DNA of 64,000 nucleotides from a bacterium (GTDB lineage Bacteria; Patescibacteriota; Minisyncoccia; Phycocordibacterales; UBA918), in NCBI GenBank assembly GCA_043719295.1, contig JAYSUD010000006.1:17318-81317 (forward strand), written 5' to 3'. The notes under the pieces are model-generated. The model did no database searches. It was given only the letters and a program-made list of their open reading frames with translations, and had not been told where the DNA came from. This document shows positions 31,276-41,670 of the stretch, piece after piece (the stretch's first letter is position 1; the number at the start of each line of letters is the position of its first letter). The position numbers and the translations under genes were made by a program.

Positions 31276-31759
31276 ACCAAAAAAGAACTCTTATAGTACG
31301 CAACAAACTTCAATCATTTGCATACGTACTACCTTATAAAAAACATCCCTGTTCTTAAGCATAAGTATACAGCATGAAACTTTTTTCTTACCCTCACACA
31401 TGTTTAAAAACAACATGAGATACATGTCTCACTTAGAAATATAAATCTTTACAAATAACACATCTAGAGGTACAGTAGATGAACTTACTGATATGCGCGA
31501 CTCGGATACGAGCCGCGCATAACTTTTAAGAAAATAAGAAGACTGAGGCTATAACAGAGGTGAAAAAGTGCTACAGCACTTTTTCAAGACCTTGCCTAGC
31601 ATTTTCGAAGAAAATAGTGGCAAGGTGTACCTCTACATATTAAAAGAAATAGACGTAGCATTAGAAACTGAATTGACGTAATTCTAAAATTGCATTAGGA
31701 ATAGCAATTTTAGAAAGCCTCGTTCTTTCTAAATTGCTACGCTCATAAGAAAAACGGGC

Positions 31760-33148
31760 ATGTTAGACCTAAAAGTAATTCACTCAGTATTAGCTGAGAT
31801 GGAAGAGGAGCGAGGAATTTCTCGCGAAAAGATGATGGACGCCATTGAACAGGCATTAGCTACTGCATACAAAAAAGAATACGGAAAACGAGGACAAATT
31901 GTCCGCGCTAATTTTGATATTGAATCAGGTGCAACTCTTTTTAATCAGATTAAAATTGTAGTTGACGAATCAATGCTTAAAAGTGACGAAGATCAAGATG
32001 ATGAAGCTGACCGCAATGATAAAGATGACAATTCTGGTATTACTGATCTTACAAAAAAAGTTCGTTTTGATCCTGAAAAGCACATCATGCTTGATACCGC
32101 AAAGATGATCAAAAAAGAGGTGTCGCTTGGAGAAGAACTTGTATTCCCACTTGAAAGTAAAGACGACTTTGGAAGAATTGCTGCACAAACAGCAAAGCAA
32201 GTGATTATCCAAAAGATTCGTGAGGCAGAGAAAGAATCAGCAATGACTGAGTTCGGACAAAAAGAAGGCGACATTATTATGGGACACGTACAGCGGTTTG
32301 AACGAGGGAACCTCTATGTTGACCTTGGACGTGTAACGGGTGTTATGCCGTACGACGAACAAATCCCTGGAGAGCGATTTAAACCAGGAGAACGCATTCG
32401 TGCACTATTGCTTACCGTTGATGAAACACCACGGGGTATTTTCCTTAAACTCTCACGAGCACATGCAAACTTCCTCGCAAGTTTGTTTACTATCGAAACT
32501 CCAGAGCTACAAAACGGTGCAGTAGAAATTAAATCAATTGCGCGAGAAGCGGGGGCACGAAGTAAAATTGCAGTATTTGCCCATGATCAGCACATTGATC
32601 CTGTTGGATCACTTGTAGGACAACGTGGTGTTCGCGTTTCAACCGTAATGTCGGAACTTGGAGGTGAGAAAATTGACATCATTGAATGGAGTGAGGACCC
32701 CGTAACGTTTATCGAAGATGCACTGTCTCCAGCACAAGTGTTAAAGGTAACTATTCAAACTGAACCAAATGAAGAAAATCCAAGCGATAACCGAGGTCAT
32801 GCAACCGTTGAAGTGGCAAACGACCAACAATCACTTGCAATTGGACGAGGAGGACAAAATGTTCGCCTTGCTGCCAAGTTAACTGGCTGGAAAATCGATA
32901 TTGTCTCCGTTGGAGGACCAAAAGAAGAAGAAACTATTGCGTCAATAGAGGCTAAAGCAGATGAGGACGTACTTGAACGAGAAGATGCAACCACCACAAA
33001 GCCAGAACTTCCTACCTCAGATGATACAGAGACTACTGATCGAGATGCGCTTGATCTAGGAGAGACCAGTGAAACTGATACACCTGAAGAGGCAGAGGGT
33101 GGAGTTGTAGAAGACAAGAAAGATGGAAGCGCAGATGTGACAGCATAA
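31760..33148 (+). CDS. nusA: Transcription factor NusA
   Basis: FGRIAAQTAKQ, AIGRGGQNVRLA; long acidic tail. Confidence 0.97.
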   Translation: MLDLKVIHSVLAEMEEERGISREKMMDAIEQALATAYKKEYGKRGQIVRANFDIESGATLFNQIKIVVDESMLKSDEDQDDEADRNDKDDNSGITDLTKKVRFDPEKHIMLDTAKMIKKEVSLGEELVFPLESKDDFGRIAAQTAKQVIIQKIREAEKESAMTEFGQKEGDIIMGHVQRFERGNLYVDLGRVTGVMPYDEQIPGERFKPGERIRALLLTVDETPRGIFLKLSRAHANFLASLFTIETPELQNGAVEIKSIAREAGARSKIAVFAHDQHIDPVGSLVGQRGVRVSTVMSELGGEKIDIIEWSEDPVTFIEDALSPAQVLKVTIQTEPNEENPSDNRGHATVEVANDQQSLAIGRGGQNVRLAAKLTGWKIDIVSVGGPKEEETIASIEAKADEDVLEREDATTTKPELPTSDDTETTDRDALDLGETSETDTPEEAEGGVVEDKKDGSADVTA

Positions 33149-33279
33149 AAGAGTCTTTTGCAGACAATAAAAATGGACGGTCACAAAGTGACCGTCCATT
33201 TTTATATGTTTACCATAACAAAAGGCGCAACCGAAATTGCGCCCATTTTGCGAAAAACACATCTGTCGTATTCTTCGCT

Positions 33280-33738
33280 TCATTCCACAAGGTCAGGGAA
33301 CTCTTCCTGCAATGTTTTCCACATTGCCTCTTCGAGTTCATTTTTCCTTTGGTAGTACCGCCTCCAGTGTTCATTCTCCCCTTTAGAACGAATCCAGAAT
33401 GCCTTAATCTGATCTTGAAAATTGGCTTGTACGAGGCACAAGAGCGGGCGCAACTGCTTATGAGCCTGATTGATACGGTTCAGTGAACATGTCTTGGAAA
33501 TACCAAAAAGTCTACCAATCCGCTCATGCGTAAAGTCTTCCCCATGGCGTGCACGAAGCATTGCGGGAAAGGGATTTTTCAGTTCCGCAACTGCAACATC
33601 GATAATCCTTTGTTGGTCATCAGTGACCACAATGCTCGCCAGAATTGCTTCATGCGAGTGACGGTTTTCGTAGCTGTAACCATCAAACCTAAAAACTCCG
33701 ATGACCAATTTTTTGTAAAATGTTGTTGTGTCGGGCAT
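33280..33738 (-). CDS. Hypothetical protein with sigma70 region-4-like HTH
   Basis: MLRARHGEDFTHERIGRLFGISK..NQAHKQLR; TTGACA-16-TATAGT upstream at 33790-33817. Confidence 0.5.
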   Translation of the reverse strand: MPDTTTFYKKLVIGVFRFDGYSYENRHSHEAILASIVVTDDQQRIIDVAVAELKNPFPAMLRARHGEDFTHERIGRLFGISKTCSLNRINQAHKQLRPLLCLVQANFQDQIKAFWIRSKGENEHWRRYYQRKNELEEAMWKTLQEEFPDLVE

Positions 33739-33862
33739 TTCTCTCTCCAGAGCTTTTATGCAAGCGCATCGCGTGCATTTCTACCTAAAACTATAACAAA
33801 AAAAAACGAAATGTCAAGGCCACAAATTAGTCACAATTAAAGCTCTTTTACTGGGACAATAC

Positions 33863-33933
33863 TTATTCATGCCAAAACTGTGTATTATTCGTGCCAATTT
33901 GGCATGAATAATGGTATACTTTGGCACGAATAA
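33863..33933. promoter_or_regulatory. Four-copy 13-bp operator array over the Fic gene promoter
   Basis: TTATTCRTGCCAA at 33863 and 33885; reverse complements at 33899 and 33921; TATACT at 33915-33920. Confidence 0.75.
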
Positions 33934-33940
33934 TTACTAT

Positions 33941-34984
33941 ATGTTTACAATTACACCTAGACAACAACTCATCATTGAACAAATAAAACTAAGGTCTGCA
34001 ATTTCTTTTTCTGAGTTATTTACAATAATTGGAGCAGGCACCAGTGAACGTACCCTCAAACGTGATTTAGCCGAACTAGTAGAAGCTAAAGTTTTAACAA
34101 CAGATGGCGGAGGACGTTCTCTTGTGTATCGTCTTCCGCTCATAGGGCGTATATTTTTACCAATTGATGCTGCTAGCTACAGTGCCGAAGAACCTGACCG
34201 ACGCAGTGGTGCCCTAACCTCTTATCAATTTGATGTGTGGAACAATTGGCCAGCGACTTTATTTTCAAAAAATGAACTATCTCATCTTTGGAATAATACT
34301 GATATCTATCAAACTCGGGTAGCCACTCAGTCACCCGACATTAAAGCGAAAGAACTCGAACGATTTGTAATTGAACTGTCATGGAAATCTTCTCGTATTG
34401 AAGGCAACACGTATACCCTTCTTGATACCGAACTACTACTCCGTGAAGGGATTGCTTCTAAAACAAATACGCCTGAAGAAACAACTATGATAGTGAACCA
34501 CAAAATTGCTTTTGATTTTGTATTAGAACAAGCCACAGCAAACACACCTCTGACAAGAGGTTTTATAGAACAGGTACACACTCTCTTAATGACTGACCTA
34601 TTAAAGGATACTGGTCTACGTAAAAATGCCGTTGGTATCACTGGCTCTACATACCGACCGCTTGATAATCAATTCCAAATTGGAGAAGCATTAGATCATT
34701 GTATTGCTCGTGTAAATAAATGTGAGACGGGTTTCGACAAAGCTCTAACCGCCCTTGTTGGCATTAGTTACATTCAACCTTTTGTTGATGGTAATAAACG
34801 GACAGCCCGTCTGGTTACAAATGCCGTATTACTCACGCACAAGCTAGCACCATTATCGTACCGTAACGTTGATGAAGTCCTCTACCGCGCCTCACTTTTG
34901 GCTTTTTATGAACAATTATCTGTACTGCCAATGAAACAAATTTTTATCGAGCAATATGTGTTCGCGAGTGAACATTATTCGTAA
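33941..34984 (+). CDS. Fic-family protein with N-terminal winged HTH
   Basis: ERTLKRDLAEL HTH; SSRIEGN; QPFVDGNKRTAR. Confidence 0.9.
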   Translation: MFTITPRQQLIIEQIKLRSAISFSELFTIIGAGTSERTLKRDLAELVEAKVLTTDGGGRSLVYRLPLIGRIFLPIDAASYSAEEPDRRSGALTSYQFDVWNNWPATLFSKNELSHLWNNTDIYQTRVATQSPDIKAKELERFVIELSWKSSRIEGNTYTLLDTELLLREGIASKTNTPEETTMIVNHKIAFDFVLEQATANTPLTRGFIEQVHTLLMTDLLKDTGLRKNAVGITGSTYRPLDNQFQIGEALDHCIARVNKCETGFDKALTALVGISYIQPFVDGNKRTARLVTNAVLLTHKLAPLSYRNVDEVLYRASLLAFYEQLSVLPMKQIFIEQYVFASEHYS

Positions 34985-35057
34985 CACCCCTATATGCTTG
35001 CAAGAATAGACCTCCTGTTCTACACTTTTGCCATTACTCAGTAGACACTACCTATAT

Positions 35058-35978
35058 ATGATTAACATTTTTGGACACGTATCACCGGACACTGATGCAA
35101 CAGGGAGCGCTATTATTTGGGCGTGGTACCTCAATACGCATACGGCTGATGAAGCAACTCCGTTTGTACTAGGACCCCTTAATAGCGAAACTGAATTTGT
35201 ACTTAACCATTTTAAAGTCGCAACTCCAGCACTTTTGGAAAAGGTTGGAGAGAGCGATAGCGTAGTTATTGTTGATACCAACAACCCGCAAGAACTTTTT
35301 TCAAATATCAACGAGGCAAACATTGTTGCAATTATTGATCACCACAAACTTGTAGGAGGAATCGAGACTAAAGTTCCAATTGACATCACCGTTCGTCCTT
35401 TAGCCTCTACTGCCTCAGTTATGTACGACCTTCTTGGAGCACATACTGAAAATCTTCCACGAGAAATTGCGGGCGTTATGCTTTCTTGTATTTTGTCTGA
35501 CACGCTTGCATTCCGAAGCCCAACCACCACTCCTCACGATAAAGACATTGCAGAAAAACTTGGAACGTACCTTGGTATTGATATACATGAATACGCAAGC
35601 TTGATGTTTGAAGCAAAGTCAGACATCTCAAGCTTTACTGATGCGGGCTTGGTAAAACTTGATAGTAAGAAGTTTGAAGTAGGAGAGAAGAACTTCCGTG
35701 TATCAGTTATAGAAACAACAAATCCAGAAACAGTACTTGCTCGTAAAGATGGAATCTTAAGCGCCATAGCAGAACTTGTTGCTGAAGAAGCTGATATTGA
35801 TGACGTACTGTTCTTTATTGTCGACATCTTAAAAGAGGAAGCTACCATCTTAACCTACAACGACCTCACCAAAGACATTATTGAGAAATCATTTAAAGTT
35901 ACCGTTACAGGTGATACAGAGATTCTGCCGGGGATTGTCTCAAGAAAAAAACAGATTCTACCAGCACTTACACTCTAG
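35058..35978 (+). CDS. ppaC: Manganese-dependent inorganic pyrophosphatase
   Basis: GHVSPDTD, IDHH, ILSDT, VSRKKQI. Confidence 0.95.
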   Translation: MINIFGHVSPDTDATGSAIIWAWYLNTHTADEATPFVLGPLNSETEFVLNHFKVATPALLEKVGESDSVVIVDTNNPQELFSNINEANIVAIIDHHKLVGGIETKVPIDITVRPLASTASVMYDLLGAHTENLPREIAGVMLSCILSDTLAFRSPTTTPHDKDIAEKLGTYLGIDIHEYASLMFEAKSDISSFTDAGLVKLDSKKFEVGEKNFRVSVIETTNPETVLARKDGILSAIAELVAEEADIDDVLFFIVDILKEEATILTYNDLTKDIIEKSFKVTVTGDTEILPGIVSRKKQILPALTL

Positions 35979-36060
35979 AAACAACCCTGATGTGAATAAA
36001 CCCCTTGTGGCCTATAGCCTCAAGGGGTTTATACTATGTACTACAATAGACATACCTATT

Positions 36061-36666
36061 ATGAAATACACATCACTTCTCTGCTCTCACATAAAAGAAA
36101 CATTGGTTTTATTTTTTGTCTGCACTTTTTTTATAGCTACACTAGCAACTGCACAAACAGAAACCAGTTCATCAACAGCAGTATCCCTAGACAATTCTGA
36201 ACAATTTGTAGATCCAAAACCTGAAGAAGATAGAGAACAAACAAAACTATCGGGAGCAAAGCAAACACGGATTATTAATTTATGTGCGAACATTAGTAAC
36301 CGCTTTGAAGCAACACTCGCTAGACTTGAAAATATTACAAAAAGACTCGAGGCACGAATGCGGATTATGAATACACAAGGCCTTCAAGTTGATGATGCTG
36401 CAATACTGCTTCTTGAAGTTCAAACCACACTCAATACCGCCCGCGTTCAACTTGAAAATATTGATAGTGAGGTTTTTGCTGTTGCGACAGGAGATAACCC
36501 CCAGTCCTCATGGAAACAACTTCGTACGACATTCACAAAAACATACAAAACCATACAGCAAGCTCAAGAACAATTGAAAGAAGTGGTCATTCTCCTTAAA
36601 AATAGCACGGTACCCACAATACAAGAGGTGAACAGTACAACCACAACGGAAGCCAATAGTATATAA
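36061..36666 (+). CDS. Secreted/membrane-anchored coiled-coil protein
   Basis: Hydrophobic N-terminus, long heptad helices. Confidence 0.65.
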   Translation: MKYTSLLCSHIKETLVLFFVCTFFIATLATAQTETSSSTAVSLDNSEQFVDPKPEEDREQTKLSGAKQTRIINLCANISNRFEATLARLENITKRLEARMRIMNTQGLQVDDAAILLLEVQTTLNTARVQLENIDSEVFAVATGDNPQSSWKQLRTTFTKTYKTIQQAQEQLKEVVILLKNSTVPTIQEVNSTTTTEANSI

Positions 36667-36676
36667 TAAAATTAAT

Positions 36677-37060
36677 ATGGCACTTAAACGAAGTATCAAA
36701 AAAGAAGAATTACAAATGCCCAAAGAGCAGTTTGGTGCACGCAATCACGAAGACGCTCCATCGTATCTTGGGATAGTACTTGGTGTATTGATTGTTATTC
36801 TCATCTGCATCCTCGGAGGACTCTATATGTGGAGCGAAGCACTCAAGAAAAATGAACTCAAACCAATTGTTCCCGAATCAAGCCGACCTACCGCAGAAGA
36901 AAACAACGAACCGGAAAGTACCAACGCTGAAGCGGAAGTAGAAGCACTCAACACACTAAGTCCTTCAAACGAACTTGAGGCAATTGAAGCCGACCTTCAA
37001 AATACACAAATCCCTGAACCAGAAACCGACCTAAACGCTGTAGATGCAACACTCGAGTAA
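36677..37060 (+). CDS. Single-pass membrane protein with acidic tail
   Basis: One TM helix; ELEAIEADL. Confidence 0.65.
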   Translation: MALKRSIKKEELQMPKEQFGARNHEDAPSYLGIVLGVLIVILICILGGLYMWSEALKKNELKPIVPESSRPTAEENNEPESTNAEAEVEALNTLSPSNELEAIEADLQNTQIPEPETDLNAVDATLE

Positions 37061-37072
37061 AGAGACGTTTCA

Positions 37073-37103
37073 AAAAAAGTGAGGCCAAAGGCCTCACTTT
37101 TTT
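37073..37103. terminator. Intrinsic terminator
   Basis: AAAAAAGTGAGGCC-AAA-GGCCTCACTTTTTT. Confidence 0.75.
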
Positions 37104-37189
37104 AATGAGGAGGTCCTAAGGAGGATGTTTGCAATTTCTAGTATTTTACGTACACTAACCACCTATTATCAAGCGTAAAAAATGTTTCT

Positions 37190-38332
37190 ATGGACTTTGT
37201 ATCACAATTTAAAATAACTAAAGAACCAGGCTCACAAATCAAAATTGAGGGTGAAATTCCTTTTGCTGAACTTCAAAAGCACCGAGATAAAGCTATCAAG
37301 CATCTTGGAAAAAACATGGAGCTCCAAGGATTTCGTAAGGGAAACATTCCAGAAAAAATGGTGGAGGCGCAAGTTGGACCACTTGCCATACTTGAAGAAC
37401 AAGCTGAACGAGCGCTTGCACTTTGTTATCCCGAAGCGCTCAAGCACCATAAAATTGATGCGCTTGGATATCCCCAAATTACACTTACCAAAATTGCTGA
37501 AGGTAACCCCCTTTGCTTTACTGCCGTTGTTGCAGTACTTCCAGAGATTACGCTTCCTGACTTTAAAAAAATTGCTAAAGAAGCAAACACAACAAAAGAA
37601 TCAGACGAGGTAACTGAAGAAGAAGTTAATCAACAAATCAAAGATATTCTTCGCCAAAAACTCGCATATGAACGTCTCCAAGGAAAAGCTGCACAAACCC
37701 ATACACACGAAGACGGTACGGTACATGAAGGAGCGTCACACGATCATCACGAAGATGATGAGGAATCAAAAACACATGAAGAAGTGAAGGCGGTTAGTGA
37801 TACCGAGCTTCCAGAACTTACCGATGCATACGTAGCAACCCTTGGAACCGAGGGTCAGTTTACTACCGTTACTGATTTTAAAGCAAAAATTAAAGAACAT
37901 TTGGCTGTTGAGAAAAAGCAACAGGCGCACGGTGCGCATAGAGCAAAAATTACCGACAAGATTATTGAAGAGACCGTTGTTGACTTGCCTAAAGTACTCA
38001 TTGATTCTGAAATTGAACAGATGTTTGGCCAGATGAAAGAAGACCTCGACCGTGCTCACTTGAAAATTGACGATTACCTTGCACACATTAAAAAAACAAA
38101 AGAAGAGCTACATCAAGAATGGATGCCTGCTGCACAAAAGCGAGCAAAGCTACAACTGGTATTAAACGAGATTGCAAAGAAAGACAGCATCACACCTGAT
38201 CAAGCACAACTTGATGAACAAGTTGACCAACTCCTGAGTCAATACAAAGATGCCGACGAAATGCGTGTACGTGTGTACGTTACGTCAGTAATGACAAACG
38301 AAGCAGTAATGAAGATGCTCGAACAAGCATAA
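37190..38332 (+). CDS. tig: Trigger factor lacking the FKBP PPIase domain
   Basis: GFRKGNIP; C-terminal chaperone domain; His-rich linker where FKBP would be; upstream of clpP. Confidence 0.9.
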   Translation: MDFVSQFKITKEPGSQIKIEGEIPFAELQKHRDKAIKHLGKNMELQGFRKGNIPEKMVEAQVGPLAILEEQAERALALCYPEALKHHKIDALGYPQITLTKIAEGNPLCFTAVVAVLPEITLPDFKKIAKEANTTKESDEVTEEEVNQQIKDILRQKLAYERLQGKAAQTHTHEDGTVHEGASHDHHEDDEESKTHEEVKAVSDTELPELTDAYVATLGTEGQFTTVTDFKAKIKEHLAVEKKQQAHGAHRAKITDKIIEETVVDLPKVLIDSEIEQMFGQMKEDLDRAHLKIDDYLAHIKKTKEELHQEWMPAAQKRAKLQLVLNEIAKKDSITPDQAQLDEQVDQLLSQYKDADEMRVRVYVTSVMTNEAVMKMLEQA

Positions 38333-38478
38333 AACTCAGCTTTTTTAAGAAGAGACATGACGACATATCAAAACCTCAGGCCTATGGTCTGAGGTTTTGA
38401 TATGTTGTGCAGGAAACTATACAAAAGAACTATTATCTTGTAGTCTTTCAGTCGGTTCGCATACGTAAGGGGAGAGTT

Positions 38479-38910
38479 ATGCAATATGTTCTTGTTGCTG
38501 TAGAGCAACTCAATCAGGCAATTGTAAAGTGGCGTGCACAAATTCGTTTTTTTCTTTCAGGGATACTCAGTGATATTGTCTACTATGTATTCTATATATT
38601 CGGCCCAATGGTGTATGGTCCGCACTATCTCTTTGCATCACTTACAGGCTTCATCGCGTATTGGGGAATGAATTTCTTTTTAATGCGTACATGGACTTTC
38701 AAGAGTACCGGTAATGCAAGAAAAGAAATGGGACAGCACTTATTGCTCCACATTGGGTGCCAGACCTTATCAATGTGTGGTTTATATATCCTTATTGAGA
38801 AATTTGGATGGCATTATATTCTTGCGCAAGTACCTATGGCACTGATGTACTTTTGCATCAACTATTTTTTCTCGGTAAAAATATTTAGAAACGATAGTAC
38901 GAAAGACTGA
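38479..38910 (+). CDS. GtrA-like membrane protein
   Basis: RFFLSG, NFFLMRTWTF, NYFFSVKIF; four TM helices. Confidence 0.8.
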   Translation: MQYVLVAVEQLNQAIVKWRAQIRFFLSGILSDIVYYVFYIFGPMVYGPHYLFASLTGFIAYWGMNFFLMRTWTFKSTGNARKEMGQHLLLHIGCQTLSMCGLYILIEKFGWHYILAQVPMALMYFCINYFFSVKIFRNDSTKD

Positions 38911-39026
38911 CCCTCCCGACAGTGTCGGTGGGGTCACACTTGTTTATTGCTACTTAATTTCTTTTTTACTCAATTTCTGGTACATTAGCACAAGTGGCAG
39001 TTACGATAGTAATTTAATTTTGATAT

Positions 39027-39626
39027 ATGGAAAAACATTCGCACATTAACGATTTTCTGGTACCGATGGTAGTAGAGAAGACACAAGGTGGCGAGCGGGC
39101 GTATGATATTTTTTCAAGACTCTTGAAAGAACGAATCATTTTCGTCACAGGACCTATTGAAGATCATATGGCCAACTTGGTTGTGGCACAGCTCTTATTC
39201 TTGGAATCGGAAGATCCGAAAAAAGATATTTCCTTATATATTAACTCTCCGGGAGGAAGTGTGTCAGCAGGATTAGGCATTGTCGATACTATGAACCACA
39301 TCAAACCTGATGTTTCGACAGTTTGTGTAGGTCTTGCAGCGTCAATGGGTTCAATCATTCTCTCACAAGGAGCAAAAGGAAAGCGGTATGCACTCACAAA
39401 TGCAGAAGTTATGATTCACCAACCATGGGGTGGAGCACAAGGACAGGCAAGTGATATTGAAATCACTGCTCGACATATCCTTAAAACACGTGAACGATTA
39501 AACAAAATGTTAGCAAAAGCCTCAGGAAAAACTCTTGCTGAAATTGAAAAAGACACCGACCGAGACTTCTTCATGGATGCCGTAGAAGCAAAGAAATATG
39601 GGCTTATAGATGAAGTACATAGATGA
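39027..39626 (+). CDS. clpP: Clp protease proteolytic subunit
   Basis: [24 protein letters not shown]. Confidence 0.98.
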   Translation: MEKHSHINDFLVPMVVEKTQGGERAYDIFSRLLKERIIFVTGPIEDHMANLVVAQLLFLESEDPKKDISLYINSPGGSVSAGLGIVDTMNHIKPDVSTVCVGLAASMGSIILSQGAKGKRYALTNAEVMIHQPWGGAQGQASDIEITARHILKTRERLNKMLAKASGKTLAEIEKDTDRDFFMDAVEAKKYGLIDEVHR

Positions 39627-39638
39627 AGTAAGTAAACG

Positions 39639-39762
39639 AGCGTAGCGACTATTACGAACTTCGTTCCAAGTTTTTGTTGTTGACCCAGAACATAGTTATA
39701 TGCAATGTTGCTTTGCATAAAACTATGTTCAACAAAAACTTCTGGAACAACTACTCGAACGC
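39639..39762 (+). repeat. Family B element, copy 2
   Basis: AGCGTAGCGAC..CGAACTTCGTTCC..TTGACCCAGAAC-stem-GTTCAAC..GGAAC..CTCGAACGC just after the clpP stop. Confidence 0.7.
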
Positions 39763-39798
39763 AAGATACACTCAGCGACTCATAGCACTCAAGCTTTT

Positions 39799-39920
39799 GT
39801 AGCGACAATGGCGAACTTCCGTCCCGGTTTCCGCGCTGACCGAGAACGCTAGTGTAGAACCTCAGCGTTAGCTGTGTTCTACACTAACGTTCAGCGAAAA
39901 CCGCTGGACGTCTCCAAAAC
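39799..39920 (+). repeat. Family B element, copy 3
   Basis: GTAGCGACAATGGCGAACTTC..CTGACCGAGAAC..TGTAGAACCTCAGC-GTTA-GCTGTGTTCTACA..GTTCAGC. Confidence 0.75.
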
Positions 39921-40143
39921 CAAAATTAACTCTATCTCCTGGAACTCTCCAACGCCGACATAACCCTGCACGTCCTAGCTACACTAACAACCGCTACAAA
40001 TACAACTAAAAGACCAAGAGAGGCTAAGTCCTTCTTGGTCTTTTTTCTACCTCTTCCTTTAGTGCTTAGAGTCTGCTAAAGTGCATGTAACAGTATCCTC
40101 TGGAACCAACTTTCCATACTGTTTTATTACTTAGAAAAACCCT

Positions 40144-41670
40144 ATGCCCTTGATAACGTTAGCTGCATTAATTGCAGCATTACTTATCGGCATTGCTTTT
40201 GGATACTACCTTCGATACCTCCACGCCCTCTCGAAGAAAGCATCTATTGAACTTGAAATAAAAGAAAAAGCGCTAGAAGCAGACGAAAAAGCGCTTAAAA
40301 TTATTGAAAAAGCGGAAGCGAAAGCCGAAAAGATTGCTGAAGAAGCAAAACAAGAACTAAAAGAAAAGGAAGATAAGAACAAACACAAAGAAGAGCGTTT
40401 GGAGAAAAAAGAAGAACTTCTTGATGAACGACAAATTAGCCTCGACTCAGAGAAAGAAGCAGTCCGTTCAAAAATTGAAGAAGTTAAAAACTTGAAGACT
40501 CGCCTTGACGAACGTAAAGGTGAACTTGATGTGAAACTTGAAGAAGTAGCTTCACTCTCACAAGAAGAAGCATTTTTGATGGTTGTAGATCGCATGACCA
40601 TTGAACGGGCACAAGACCTATCAGTTCGTGTCCAAAAACTATCATTTGCAGGAGAAGAAGCGTTTGAAGCAAAGGCTCAAAACATTTTACTTGCAGCAAT
40701 GCATCGGGTTGGTAACAACATGCCGAGTAACGTGATGACTTCAAACGTTGAACTTCCAAGTGATGACCTTAAAGGTAAAGTCATTGGTAAAGAAGGGCGA
40801 AACGTTCGTGCATTTGAACGTGCAACAGGTGTTGATGTGCTCATTGATGAGACTCCAGGATACATAACTTTGTCATCGTTTGATCCGATTCGCCGTGAGA
40901 TTGCAAGAACCGCACTTGAAGCACTCTTAAAAGACGGTCGTATTCAACCAGCAAAAATTGAAGAGGCTGTTGAAGAAGCGAGAAAAGAAGTGTCAGCAAT
41001 GGTTCGAAAAACGGGAGAGAAAGCAGCGTATGAAGCAAACGTGCCAAACCTCCACCCCGATTTACTTACCATCTTGGGACGCCTCCACTTCCGAACGAGT
41101 TATAGTCAAAATGTGCTTGCTCACTCAGTTGAGATGGCACATATGGCAGCAATTATCGCAGAAGAAGTTGGAGCGGACGTTGCTGTGGCAAGAGCTGGCG
41201 CACTCCTTCACGATATTGGAAAGACGGTAAGTCACGAGGTCCAAGGAACGCACGTTGAAATCGGTATTCGTATCCTTCAGAAATATGACGTCGATGAAAA
41301 GGTAATCCTTGCTATGCGTGCACACCATGAGGAATATCCGTACGAGACACCAGAATCAATCATTGTCCAAGTATGTGATGCATTGTCAGGTAGTAGACCA
41401 GGAGCCCGACGTGACTCAATTGAAAATTATATCAAACGTCTAACTGAACTTGAGGCTATAGCGACGAGTATTACTGGGGTTGATAAAGCATTTGCAATTG
41501 CAGCAGGTCGAGAGATACGCGTTCTTGTGAACCCTGAAGTACTTTCAGACTTTGACAGTACAACGTTAGCGCGCACTATCGCTATGAATATTGAAGCACA
41601 ATTGCGATACCCCGGTGAGATTAAGGTGCATGTTATTAGAGAGACACGAGTAGTTTCATACGCCCGATAG
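40144..41670 (+). CDS. rny: Ribonuclease Y
   Basis: TM anchor, coiled coil, KH GKVIGKEGRN, HD motif LLHDIGK, RPGAR. Confidence 0.97.
   Translation: MPLITLAALIAALLIGIAFGYYLRYLHALSKKASIELEIKEKALEADEKALKIIEKAEAKAEKIAEEAKQELKEKEDKNKHKEERLEKKEELLDERQISLDSEKEAVRSKIEEVKNLKTRLDERKGELDVKLEEVASLSQEEAFLMVVDRMTIERAQDLSVRVQKLSFAGEEAFEAKAQNILLAAMHRVGNNMPSNVMTSNVELPSDDLKGKVIGKEGRNVRAFERATGVDVLIDETPGYITLSSFDPIRREIARTALEALLKDGRIQPAKIEEAVEEARKEVSAMVRKTGEKAAYEANVPNLHPDLLTILGRLHFRTSYSQNVLAHSVEMAHMAAIIAEEVGADVAVARAGALLHDIGKTVSHEVQGTHVEIGIRILQKYDVDEKVILAMRAHHEEYPYETPESIIVQVCDALSGSRPGARRDSIENYIKRLTELEAIATSITGVDKAFAIAAGREIRVLVNPEVLSDFDSTTLARTIAMNIEAQLRYPGEIKVHVIRETRVVSYAR

Noticed and set aside
39627-40143. 6S RNA upstream of rny
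   Set aside because: The synteny is suggestive, but the region is explained by family B elements and a terminator; no 6S-like central bubble could be identified by eye
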